A stretch of DNA of 64,000 bases, taken from Alphaproteobacteria bacterium (GTDB lineage Bacteria; Pseudomonadota; Alphaproteobacteria; Methylaequorales; Methylaequoraceae). The stretch lies in NCBI GenBank assembly GCA_019650635.1, contig BOXE01000007.1:894-64893 (forward strand), given 5' to 3'. Below, one piece after another: positions 8,728 to 19,208 of this stretch; within the stretch, counting starts at the first letter, position 1; each line of letters starts with the position of its first letter. The position numbers and the translations under genes were made by a program. A model generated the notes under the pieces. The model made no database searches, was not told where the DNA came from, and was given only the letters and a program-made list of their open reading frames with translations.

Positions 8728-9875
8728 TTAGGTAATTTTTTTTAAAAATTCTCTTATGTTTTTATCGATAAAAGCTACATCTTCTTGAGATGTTAACGTA
8801 GTTGACATTCCTCCAGCTAAATGACCATATTTTGTGTTTATAACTTTTAGTTCAGCGTTCGGCATTCCTTTAACCTCAGGAATATTGTTACGTGCAGGAA
8901 AAGATAAATCAGTTGAACTTGGCATAACTAGAGCTGGACAATTTATATTTGCAAGAGCTTTTTTTGTGTTGTTGTTGAATTTTTCATGTTTTCCTATATC
9001 TCCCATTTGCCAAGTATTCAACATACCTAATAAATCATTTGCATCAATACTTCCAAAAAAACTATCCATAAAATTTAAGTATGACTCAGTATCTTCAAAT
9101 CCATCAAACAAATTGAGATGTAACCCCTCTTCATATCCTTCTTTATCAAATAAAGTTGATGTATAATTTCTAGAAAAAGCCTTTAAACCTTTTTTAGGAG
9201 GTGAACTATAATCACCGTTATTATAATTAACATCTGATTGTAAAGCTAACTTACATCCCTCCAAAGTTATCCAATTCTGTGTTGTAGTTTTTGCAGTTCC
9301 ACACAAGGGAATTATACCACCGGTTTTTTCTCCATGTAATGCACCCCAGTGAAAAGCCTGCTGAGCGCCCATAGAAAACCCCAAATACATAAGTGGGTTA
9401 GTAATACCGAAGTACTCTGATATAAGTTTATCTTGTGCATTGATATTGTCGTAATATGTGACAGAGGGAAATCTTGGACCATCTTGAAGGGGGCTAGTAT
9501 TACTCGGAGAGGACGAATAACCACTGCAAAATAAGTTTGGTGTTATAATGCAATATTTAAGTGGATTTAGCGCTCTATTAATTCCATATGCCATCTGATT
9601 AAATTTGTGGCTTCCTGCAAAACAAGTAGCAAATATAATTGCGTTACTTTTTGATTGATTTAATTCACCATTAACGTTAACTAACAAAAAGGCATTGTTT
9701 AAAGTTTCTCCACTTTGAAGCTTAAAGTTCTCCAATGGAAATTTGAATGTATTACTGCTCCAAGGTAACTTTTTTCATCTTCGGATATGTTTACTTTTGG
9801 AAAAAAATTGATTACTGGTACTGATGCCAGAGCAATTGTTTTTATTGAATATTCAATAAATTTTCTTCTATTCAT
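8728..9875 (-). CDS. Alpha/beta hydrolase (homoserine O-acetyltransferase-like fold) with a Tat-type signal in a different frame (frame break about 9736-9800)
   Basis: GFSMGAQQAF nucleophile elbow. The upstream ATG at 9875 encodes MNRRKFIEYSIKTIALASVP (twin-arginine motif). Confidence 0.7.
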
Positions 9876-10250
9876 CTATAATCTATAAACATTTAATATT
9901 TTATTATACTAATGCCTCAAATACTCTCAACATAATATGTTATTTTCATTGAGTACGAATAAAAGATGAATAATTTACTGGTTAAAAAAAAAGAATATAA
10001 TGATATCAATGACTTAAAAAAAATAGTTTGACAAATGCATCTCATTTTAATATTCTAAATTAATATACTCATCCGAGTTTTAGATTTTTTTGACATAGAA
10101 GCAATACATCTCCTCGCTGTTTCTTCATTATGAAGTTTTTACAATCACTTCATACTTGTTTAATTATATTCACCGATAGAGTTGTTTAAGGTGAAATAAC
10201 AAGTTACGATCACCAAATCTAGTTTAGATAAATTTTAAGGGATTTAATAG

Positions 10251-11097
10251 ATGAAAGATACATTTATGCGAAGTTGTGAACATTGGAGTGAATCAAGTCG
10301 CAATGAAATGCAGAATTTTTATACTCTTGCCTCTATTGATTATAAACATCTAGCAGAGAAATTTAACTGGAAAGAATGGCTTGAAGCACATCAGGCTAAT
10401 ATTGGCAAGCGTGGACTAAAACTTCTAGATATTGCCTGTGGATCAGGTAAATTTCCTTCAGCACTAATTCAAAATGCTAATTTGTCAAACGCAAAAATAT
10501 TACCAGTGGAATATTCACTACTAGATCCGTCTTCATTTTCAATTGCAGAAGCACGCAAGGTTATTCAGTCACCATTTAAAACTAGTTCAGAATTTGAAAC
10601 TACTTTACAGGAATTTTCTTGTGAGCGAGAAACTTATGACATTATCTGGGCAACGCACGCTCTTTACGCAATTCCAAAAAACGAACTTAAAAAGGCTTTA
10701 AAACGTTTTATTTTTGGAATGGCTAGATCCGGTTTTATTGCTCATGCAAGTGAAAAATCTCATTACCTTCGATTTTACAGACATTATTTAAATGGTTTCA
10801 AAGGTGGTTCTGGAGAACCGTATTCAAGTGCTGAACAAATTTTACAAATACTAAAAGAGATTGATATTCCTCATAAAGTTGAGAAAATTATTTACGAAAA
10901 TGGTGTTTCAGAGAAAGCATCTTTGCAAGTTGAAGGATATCTGCAGCGTTGTGTTTTTGATGATACAATTGACCTTGAAAAAATGCTCAAAAATTCGGTT
11001 ACGGGACCTTACCCTAGACAATTGTATCAAAGATGGACAATGGTGTTTTAAGAAAGAAGTAATGATGATTTTTCATCGAAAGTTTAAATTTTTATGA
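10251..11097 (+). CDS. Class I SAM-dependent methyltransferase (probable frame break about 11000-11020)
   Basis: LLDIACGSGKF motif I; the C-terminus continues in ORF 10861..11097. Confidence 0.65.
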
Positions 11098-11154
11098 CTA
11101 AGAGTTTTTTTTTCTAGATTCGAATGTGAGAAAGTAATCATAATTTTTAATACA

Positions 11155-12390
11155 TGTTTATAAAACGAATTTTACTCCTTTTCTACACCCGAACTTAGTC
11201 TAGGTTTATTTTTAATTTTTAGCTCGAGCGTTGGTCAAACTTTCTTTATTTCTCTTTTCTCTGGAGAAATAAGGAATGCATTTAATCTCTCTCATGGAAT
11301 GTTTGGAATAATTTATTCCGTTGCAACACTTACAAGTGCTACACTTTTTTTTTGGTTAGGAAAACTCACAGACCAATTTAATTTGACTGTTCTTGGATTA
11401 ATAACTCTAGGAATATTAAGCGGATTTTCATTTCTTTTATCAAGTGCCGATACACTTCTCATACTTTTCTTATCTTTATTAGGTCTTCGCTTGTTTGGTC
11501 AAAGTATGATTAGTCATATAGCAGTAACTGCAATGGCCCGCTGGTTTTCAAAGAAAAGAGGAAGAGCTTTAAGTGTTGCACTAATGGGACACCCTATTGG
11601 AGAGGCACTATTACCCTCTCTCATTACTTTCTTTTTATTTCAGTACACATGGCGTGAAATCTGGGTTGGAATAGGTACATGTATAATAATTATTTTTTTA
11701 CCTTTAGTTTACTGGCTTGGAAGACACATCAAATTAAATAAGCATGATTCATATAATAGTAAACAAACAAAATCAAAAAAAAAATTGATTGTTTCTTGGA
11801 ATCGATCACAAGTCTTAAAAGATTTAAGATTTTACCAGGTTCTTCCTGGATTACTTGCTTCTCCCTTCATAGTGACTGGAGTTTTTTTTCATCAGATTCA
11901 CTTGATTGAAACTAAATCTTGGTCGATTACACTTTTAGCATCCTCCTACCCTTTTTTTGCTTTAAGTGTGATTGGGGTAACTTTTGGGGCTGGCTGGATA
12001 ATCGATAGATTCGGCACAGTGCATTTATTGCGTTTTTTTTTGTTACCGCTTGCATTTGGTTTGCTCTTAATAGTAGCTACAGACAAGGCATTTGCTATTC
12101 CTATATTTATGATCTTAATGGGAGCATCTGCTGGATCAGCAACTATTATCATAAGTACTCTGTGGGTTGAACTTTATGGAATTAATTATCTTGGTTCAAT
12201 CAGATCTATGTTTTTTTCTATGGTTGTGCTTGCTACTTCAATCTCTCCAGCACTTATAGGATTATTATTAGACACAGGTGTAACATTGGAAATCCAATTT
12301 ATTATATTTACAATTTATATCTTTATTTGCTCAATTATTTTTGCAATATTAACACCTAATCTTTTAATTGCTCGATCCCCTCCTTCATAG
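11155..12390 (+). CDS. MFS transporter (frame break near 11170-11200)
   Basis: About 12 TM. The open frame extends upstream of the listed ATG (..STPELSLGLFLIFSSSVGQTFFISLFSGEIRNAF..) but has no start there; ATG at 11155 is in another frame. Confidence 0.7.
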
Positions 12391-12422
12391 AGCTTTTTAG
12401 GATTTAGCAGCTCGAACTGATG

Positions 12423-13820
12423 TTATTTTCTTAATAGTTTAAAAACAAAAAAAGTAAGAATTCCAGATATTATACCTGGAGCTACCTCGTAAATATAAGT
12501 ATTTAGTTCGTAATGTCTCCATACCATTAATGTTATCAAGGGTATAATCATCATCATTAATGATGAAAATTCAGAAACTTTTTGTTTTAGTGAGTTAACT
12601 ATTAATAAAGGAGAAAAGCAACAAGCTAATGTTGACCATGACATTAAGACAAGGTTGAAGACGTTTTTATTATCATTTATTGCAATTGTAACAACAAAGA
12701 CTGTGATAATTAAAGTTGCTAATTTATTTATTAAATAATTGTTATTTTTATTCAATGAAAGATCGTTTGTAATTGAAGCGGTACAAGCAAGTATTTGAGA
12801 ATCTGCTGTTGACATTGTGGCAGCAAAAATACCAGCTAAGATTACTCCAACAAAAAATTCAGGTAATAAACTTTGTGCCAAAGTTGGTAAGGCTAATTCT
12901 GGGTCCATATTGTTGGTTTCTGGGATTAGTAATCTTGCTACAAAAGCCGCTAAAATGGAAAATAAATAGAATAAAGTATACCAAGTGTAATAATATATTC
13001 TTGTTTTTGGTATGTTTTTAGTACTATCAATTGTCATAAATCTTACCATAACGTGAGGTTGACCTATCACACCCACACCTGAGAAAAACCAACCGATAAT
13101 GAACATGTATGGAGCTAATAAAAATTCTGAAAAATTTGTTGATGGAAACCATTTCATATAATCTGGAGATATTTTGTGTAATTCATCTATGAAGATAGAA
13201 ACCCCACCTACTTCTTTAATTCCAAAAAAAACCATTAAAAACATGGCAACTATCATTACAAAAGATTGAGCGGCATCCGTCCAAATAGAAGCTCTTATTC
13301 CTCCTGAAAAACAATAAAGTAATACAATAACTCCACCGATTATGGCACCTAGTCTATAATCTAAACCAAATATAACATGCATCGACTTACTTCCAGCATT
13401 AAGCTGAGCTGCTGCATATGTAGATAAAAAAATAAGAATGATTAATCCACCAAACAATTGTACATATTTATAATTTTTGCCATGCCATTGGCTTACCAAA
13501 TTAGCAAAACTTACAACCTTTAATTCCTGTGATTTCTTCCTTAAATTTTTATGCACAAAAAGAGATGAAATAAAATCACCAAAAATCAATCCAAACATTA
13601 GCCAGACAGATTGCAAACCATAAACATATGTAAACCCAATCTGACCAATAAACATGTATCCACTATTTGATGTTGCGATGGCTGATATAGCTGCCAACCA
13701 TGGCTTAACTTCCTGATTTGCAAGGAGATAGTCTAGAGACGTATTTTTTTTCTTAAGAACTGACAAAGATCCTATCAACGTAAATAAGAAAAGAAATAAA
13801 CAAAAACTGAAAAATATCAT
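12423..13820 (-). CDS. Sodium:solute symporter (PutP/PanF-like SSS family)
   Basis: 465 aa, multi-TM, GGIRASIWTDAAQSFVMIV signature. Confidence 0.85.
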   Translation of the reverse strand: MIFFSFCLFLFLFTLIGSLSVLKKKNTSLDYLLANQEVKPWLAAISAIATSNSGYMFIGQIGFTYVYGLQSVWLMFGLIFGDFISSLFVHKNLRKKSQELKVVSFANLVSQWHGKNYKYVQLFGGLIILIFLSTYAAAQLNAGSKSMHVIFGLDYRLGAIIGGVIVLLYCFSGGIRASIWTDAAQSFVMIVAMFLMVFFGIKEVGGVSIFIDELHKISPDYMKWFPSTNFSEFLLAPYMFIIGWFFSGVGVIGQPHVMVRFMTIDSTKNIPKTRIYYYTWYTLFYLFSILAAFVARLLIPETNNMDPELALPTLAQSLLPEFFVGVILAGIFAATMSTADSQILACTASITNDLSLNKNNNYLINKLATLIITVFVVTIAINDNKNVFNLVLMSWSTLACCFSPLLIVNSLKQKVSEFSSLMMMIIPLITLMVWRHYELNTYIYEVAPGIISGILTFFVFKLLRK

Positions 13821-13827
13821 GAAGATA

Positions 13828-14757
13828 TTATTTTTTTAGAGAGCAGATTTTTGAAGTCTTCTTTACTACTAATCGATTTACTGGAAGATTAAACTCACTA
13901 AAACCATCAACTGAAGTCTTATCAAAGTAATCTGAAAGTTCTGATACTAAAATCTCATAATGCTTGGACGATAGAACTAGTGAAGCGTAGAAAAAACCTG
14001 AAACTTCTTTAGCTAACACTTCTGGGGTTTGTTTAAAAGAAAGCACATGAGGGGTAATATTTATTTCACAGTCATAAAATATTTTTTTAACGAGTTCATC
14101 TAAAGTTTTTAAAGATCTAACCCTTGGATCACCTAATTCTAACAATCCATAATTAGGAAATATTTTTTGAACAAATTTATATATTATGTTGTGGATTTCT
14201 AAATATCCAGTTGCAGAATGTAAATCTCCATCAACAATTGCTGAGAAAATACCCTGATTTTTAAGTATCCTTTTAATGGTTTTTAACACTGGAACTAAAG
14301 GATCCATTAAAGTTAAAGCCCAATGACAAAATATAACGTCTTTTGAGGCATCTTTGATAAAGTTTAATTTTTGAGCTTTTGCGTTATAAAAATCTACATC
14401 TTGATCATAAAGTCTGGTCCGTGCGAGTTTAAGTTCGTTATCATTCATATCCACTCCGGAAAGTTTGACGTTAAATGGAAAACGTTTATTACAATACTCT
14501 AAAAGAACCCCACTTCCGCATGCCAAATCAAGAATATCGATATGAGAATTTGGATCGATAGTATCAATTAGTAATTCATAACTATTCTTTCCATTTGAAT
14601 CACAACAACTGGTTGCAATCTTTTCAGTAAAACCTGCATATCTGTTGTGAATAGTGTGAAGATGATCTAGTAAATCTTGACTATTTGGGTTTTCACCTGA
14701 ATCAATTTTATTCATCCATGAAGAGTTAAAGTTTTTATAATTATTTTTGAAGAGCAT
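13828..14757 (-). CDS. Class I SAM-dependent methyltransferase
   Basis: ILDLACGSGVLL motif I; 309 aa. Confidence 0.75.
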   Translation of the reverse strand: MLFKNNYKNFNSSWMNKIDSGENPNSQDLLDHLHTIHNRYAGFTEKIATSCCDSNGKNSYELLIDTIDPNSHIDILDLACGSGVLLEYCNKRFPFNVKLSGVDMNDNELKLARTRLYDQDVDFYNAKAQKLNFIKDASKDVIFCHWALTLMDPLVPVLKTIKRILKNQGIFSAIVDGDLHSATGYLEIHNIIYKFVQKIFPNYGLLELGDPRVRSLKTLDELVKKIFYDCEINITPHVLSFKQTPEVLAKEVSGFFYASLVLSSKHYEILVSELSDYFDKTSVDGFSEFNLPVNRLVVKKTSKICSLKK

Positions 14758-14769
14758 TAAATTTTTAGA

Positions 14770-15783
14770 CTAAACTTGATTATTTGTAGGCCAACAAATT
14801 GGGTTTAAATTACTTGAGACAATTTCACCTGGCTTAGTTGCAGGAATAAATTTTTTCCAATCTCCTGAGATCATAGTAGGATTATTTACAACACGCGCAC
14901 CGTCTGCAAAATAGGTATTGGCTAAAACAATTCGACTTTGGGTTGTTTTATTTTCAGAGGCAGTGTGGAAACTAAGATTATGATGAAAACTTACCTCACC
15001 TAATTCAAAAGGTTCTTCAACAATTGAAACTTTTTCCTTTTTAAAAATATCAATTATTTTTTTATCGTAACTAGTATCAAATTCGTTAAATTCAATATTT
15101 TCTACAAGTTTATAAATCTCTAATGGCTTTGCAAAAGTTAGAGGACCCATCTCAATCGGGATTGCTTGAGCAGGAATCCAGGCAGTTACCACATCATTTG
15201 TTTCTAATGGAAAATGATGGTCATCATAATGCCAGGGTGTACGACCACAGCCTGATTCTTTAACTAAGGCGTTATCATGATAAAGACGAATTTTTTTTAC
15301 TGAAAGTAATTCAGCACAAATCTTTGCAATACGTGAACTTAAAACAAATTCTTTGATTACAGTATTTTTTAACCACATCATTTCAAGACTTAAAAAACGA
15401 TCTTTTTTATTTTCGTTATAATTTTCAAATGTCTTTTTTAAAAGCGATAGGATTTCATGTCTTAAAAGTTGAATTGCAGCTGGTGTTAAAACGTTCTTTA
15501 ACTTTATAAAACCGTTTTTTTGAAAATTTGATATATCTTGTGTTGTTAGGTTGTAAGGTTCTGAGAGTTGCTGTTTTAAATCAATTTTTGATGCATCTTT
15601 TATATTTGGTGGTTCAGGCAGTTCTAACAGAACCTCCTTGGTTTTAGAATTTGAGTTATCAGCTAGAGAAACATACCAATCCCACCAAGCCTGATTATCC
15701 TTATCCCATTGCTTATTCTCACCGGTGCTTGATTCGCTGGATTTAAAATCAGTTTCTTTCTTTAAATTTATGTTTTCAGTCAT
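14770..15783 (-). CDS. Phytanoyl-CoA dioxygenase (PhyH) family Fe(II)/2-oxoglutarate oxygenase
   Basis: WHYDDHH (HxD facial triad region) and a distal His (SFHHNLSFH); size and layout typical of PhyH. Confidence 0.7.
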   Translation of the reverse strand: MTENINLKKETDFKSSESSTGENKQWDKDNQAWWDWYVSLADNSNSKTKEVLLELPEPPNIKDASKIDLKQQLSEPYNLTTQDISNFQKNGFIKLKNVLTPAAIQLLRHEILSLLKKTFENYNENKKDRFLSLEMMWLKNTVIKEFVLSSRIAKICAELLSVKKIRLYHDNALVKESGCGRTPWHYDDHHFPLETNDVVTAWIPAQAIPIEMGPLTFAKPLEIYKLVENIEFNEFDTSYDKKIIDIFKKEKVSIVEEPFELGEVSFHHNLSFHTASENKTTQSRIVLANTYFADGARVVNNPTMISGDWKKFIPATKPGEIVSSNLNPICWPTNNQV

Positions 15784-16221
15784 ATTTTAATATGTAATGA
15801 AAAGAAATCTTATTTGTATAAAATTTTAAATAATTACTATAACTAAATTGCATTAAATAGTTTTATTAATTTATATATTGTTTCTTTTGAATTACCTTTA
15901 TTTAAAATTCTTAAAACTTGCTTGCTGAATTTTTAATTTCAGACTTAAAACATTATGAATTTAAACTAAAAATAGCATAAAACATAGAACTTCTTCAAAT
16001 TTTAACTATTTTTAAATAATATGGAAGTGCTTGAGAATCTAGCTTACGGTAGAGGCGTTCTATTAATAATCTTCTTCCTTGGATTGATTATTTATCTAAT
16101 TATAAAAAAAAATAAATAAATTCAATTGTTTAATCAAGAATTCTAGTGACATAACTTAGATATTTTTCTTCAAAAAAATTTCACCATTAATTCTAATTTG
16201 GTCTAATAAATCTTTAATATT

Positions 16222-17085
16222 TCATTTGGAAATAGTATTAAATTCCCTTGCATAACTGCGAAGTTTATCAATCATCACATTTCGTTGTTTGTCCGACGAA
16301 ATTGCTAACATTTTTATTAAAAGTATCTTGAAACGAGATAGTGAAGCTTGAGAAAAATCTTTATAATTGGGATTTATAATTTCATGGCCTCTTATCAAGA
16401 GTTTGTTTAAATAAGCATTAAGCTCTGCTTCATTTGGCTGAGATTTCATAAATCTTACGAATGCTTTTTGACGTAGTGTCCTGTTATGCAAACGAACCCT
16501 TGCGTCATTAAGCGTTTCATGCGAATGGGTTTCTAGCATTTCAATTTGAGCATTTGTTAGATCTCCAAAAAATCTTTTAAAATTTTTAGTTAACTTATCA
16601 AAACGATCGTTATATCTTATTTCTCTTGGTTCCGAAAGTTTGATTATGCGCTCTTGTTGACGCATCAACATTTGCTTTTTCATAAATTCGATAGCTTCAT
16701 CATTATTTATCTGAATAAGAAACCTTGATGCATATGGTGTCAAACCAACAATAGTATCTTCAATTAGAGTACGTCCTTCATCAATAATTATAGTTATTTT
16801 GTTTGCATCATATTCTCCCACTTCTAATGTATCTGCAATATTATCTAGGTAGGAAGCGTAACTTGGCATCATTGATGTTCTGTGCCAATTTATCATTTCT
16901 GAAACTTGCTGATTCATCAGTAATTTTTCTTCTTCATCCAAATATAGAAAGTAATTAATCTCATCTTTGATGAATTTATCCGTAAATGAATAGATTAGTC
17001 GAGTACTTGAACAAGCCGTTACTAAAATGATAAAAAATAACAATGATAAGGAATGATAAACCTGTTGTTTAGAAAAAATTGTCAT
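16222..17085 (-). CDS. Putative lipoprotein, function unknown
   Basis: LVTAC lipobox after a hydrophobic N-terminus; 287 aa, helical, no catalytic motif seen. Confidence 0.5.
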   Translation of the reverse strand: MTIFSKQQVYHSLSLLFFIILVTACSSTRLIYSFTDKFIKDEINYFLYLDEEEKLLMNQQVSEMINWHRTSMMPSYASYLDNIADTLEVGEYDANKITIIIDEGRTLIEDTIVGLTPYASRFLIQINNDEAIEFMKKQMLMRQQERIIKLSEPREIRYNDRFDKLTKNFKRFFGDLTNAQIEMLETHSHETLNDARVRLHNRTLRQKAFVRFMKSQPNEAELNAYLNKLLIRGHEIINPNYKDFSQASLSRFKILLIKMLAISSDKQRNVMIDKLRSYAREFNTISK

Positions 17086-17186
17086 TACCTTTTAATTTTA
17101 TAGCTTGTTATAGTTAACGCAATTACGAAAAACTTTGTGCTCTTTTTTATTCTATAAATAATTTAAATAAACCAACTCTATCGTAA

Positions 17187-17561
17187 CTAATCAAAACTAT
17201 GTGTGTTAAAATATTCATTTATGTCACCAGAATAAAAAATGCAGTCTCCTACTTTTGAATTATTTAAATGAACGCCTATAAAGAGTTCTAAAGTTTTTCG
17301 TAAAATTTCTCTGGTAAATATATCACCCTCTACATCAAGCTTTATGAATTTTTGAGTGATTTCATAAAGACCATTATTTTTATAATAATCGCTTTCTGAG
17401 TTTGACGATGCGTGTCTTATAACTTCATTATTATTTAAAAACTCATATCCAAATACTTGGTATTTTCCCTCACAAATAAGATTCTTTCCAACTAAATTAT
17501 CAAATGACATTACTTCAAAAGATAGAAATGAATAAATAAATATTAGTAATAACTTTTTCAT
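17187..17561 (-). CDS. Hypothetical secreted protein
   Basis: N-terminal signal peptide MKKLLLIFIYSFLSFEVMS; no family recognised. Confidence 0.45.
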   Translation of the reverse strand: MKKLLLIFIYSFLSFEVMSFDNLVGKNLICEGKYQVFGYEFLNNNEVIRHASSNSESDYYKNNGLYEITQKFIKLDVEGDIFTREILRKTLELFIGVHLNNSKVGDCIFYSGDINEYFNTHSFD

Positions 17562-17616
17562 TAATTTTATTTCATTGTAAATGTTTTCAAAGGAATTAAT
17601 AACCGGATTAATTTAA

Positions 17617-18291
17617 TTACCTAATTCTGGAAAGGACAGTCCATATCATTCTCAAAGATATTAAATTTTTGAATACACCAACTACATAGGTAAAAGCTGC
17701 AGCTCGAAGAATAGAACGACATGAATCATGATAAACTGCTGGAATTTTTTTTTTAATAATTGGCATAGCTTTATTAAAACTTGCATCTAATTCCACTTCA
17801 AGTGTAACAAGATGAATAACTACCCCAATAAATAAGCTTAGTAGAATAAGTAAAATGCATACTTTAATAAGTGGAAGGTAACCTGTAGCAAATATTATTG
17901 GTAGTCCAATATAAATAACAGCAAATGCGATTTTATTAATCCATAGAGTATTTTTAACAAGTTTTGTTCTTGTAATCAGTGGAGTGTAGTTTTCAGCGTG
18001 TTGAATTGCATGACCTATTTCATGACAAATAATTGAAATAGATGTTAAACTTTTTTTTCTAAGTCTATCTTCCCCTACTTTGACTTTTCTCTGATCTAGA
18101 TCATAGTGATCGCCTATTAAGGTTTTCTCCAAACAAACGTCTTTTAATTCCAATTCTTTAATTAGCTGATTCCCAAATTCAATGCCATTAAAGGGCATAT
18201 TTGGTAAGATTTCATCATTCTTTTTAAAAACATAATTGATCCAAACAACCGGAAGAATTGATATTGATAAAAGAACAATTAGGAAAATCAT
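17617..18291 (-). CDS. Membrane-associated neutral zinc metallopeptidase (YugP-like)
   Basis: HEIGHAIQH zinc motif flanked by N- and C-terminal TM segments. Confidence 0.8.
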   Translation of the reverse strand: MIFLIVLLSISILPVVWINYVFKKNDEILPNMPFNGIEFGNQLIKELELKDVCLEKTLIGDHYDLDQRKVKVGEDRLRKKSLTSISIICHEIGHAIQHAENYTPLITRTKLVKNTLWINKIAFAVIYIGLPIIFATGYLPLIKVCILLILLSLFIGVVIHLVTLEVELDASFNKAMPIIKKKIPAVYHDSCRSILRAAAFTYVVGVFKNLISLRMIWTVLSRIR

Positions 18292-18562
18292 AGTAATTAT
18301 TTAATGTATAAATTAATATTAGCTAGATGTTTATAAATATAAATTGTTTTTCTACGTAATTCACGTTTCATTTTGTATTCAATGAGAATAAAAAATAACT
18401 GAAGATAATCTATTAACAAAATAATTATTAATAATAGTTTACATAGTTTAATAATAACTATTCATTTCAAATACATTAACAAGATATGAATATTAGAATC
18501 AGCAAACGTTAATTTAGATTTAATATATTGTATTCTAATATTAACTTTTTAAAGGATAAATA

Positions 18563-18640
18563 ATGGCTTGGACAAAACCTATGATTTCTGAAATCTCTGT
18601 AGGTCTTGAAATCAATTCTTATGCTTGCGCTGAGAAGTAG
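18563..18640 (+). CDS. pqqA: PqqA-type peptide, copy 2 (identical 25-aa product)
   Basis: Differs from 4128..4205 at only three third-codon positions (cca/cct, gtt/gta, tac/tat); AAAGGA upstream; own terminator. Confidence 0.75.
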   Translation: MAWTKPMISEISVGLEINSYACAEK

Positions 18641-18670
18641 TTTCAAACTATAGATTAATTTCTTTAAAAA

Positions 18671-18698
18671 GCCTGGCTAAGCAGTCAGGTTTTTTTTT
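18671..18698 (+). terminator. Rho-independent terminator after pqqA-like copy 2
   Basis: CCTGGCT / AGTCAGG stem, loop AAGC, T9 tail. Confidence 0.75.
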
Positions 18699-18703
18699 GT
18701 CTT

Positions 18704-19111
18704 TTAAAAATTGCAAATGAATTTAATTTTCTCGAAGTTTTCACTCATTAATTTCGGATGAATCCATTCTGAATCATCTGATTCAGTGTTTAAATTTTTT
18801 TTATATTCAAATGTTCTTCCTCTACCCATATTTGTCTTGTAATCAATTATAGTAATAACTTTAAATCTTTTATTTTTACAATCATACTTAGTATAAAACT
18901 TTGTACTTAGTTTTTCTTTTTTTTGTGCGATTTTGTAATCAAACAAACTCCAGATGTAAATAATATCATCGATTTTTTTGATTGATTCCATTTCAAAATA
19001 TTCTGTAAAAGTTTTATGCTCACGGAATACTTGCCATTTTCCGTAACAACAGGAAAACGAAAAAAAATAAAGAAATAAAAAAATAAATTTATTTTTTAGA
19101 AAAATTTGCAT
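18704..19111 (-). CDS. Hypothetical secreted protein
   Basis: Signal-peptide-like N-terminus; 135 aa; no family recognised. Confidence 0.45.
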   Translation of the reverse strand: MQIFLKNKFIFLFLYFFSFSCCYGKWQVFREHKTFTEYFEMESIKKIDDIIYIWSLFDYKIAQKKEKLSTKFYTKYDCKNKRFKVITIIDYKTNMGRGRTFEYKKNLNTESDDSEWIHPKLMSENFEKIKFICNF

Positions 19112-19208
19112 GATTCAATTATTATTTTTAATTTCTATCCTATAAAATATAGGTTGTCTTTTTAAGACATATTAATATTACATTGATATGAGTCTGGTAA
19201 TTAGATCC

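Noticed and set aside
16021-16119. 32-codon ORF MEVLENLAYGRGVLLIIFFLGLIIYLIIKKNK in a long AT-rich spacer
   Set aside because: It has a plausible single TM helix, but no convincing RBS, no second copy and no conservation evidence available. It is too weak to call as a gene, though it could be revisited with transcript data.
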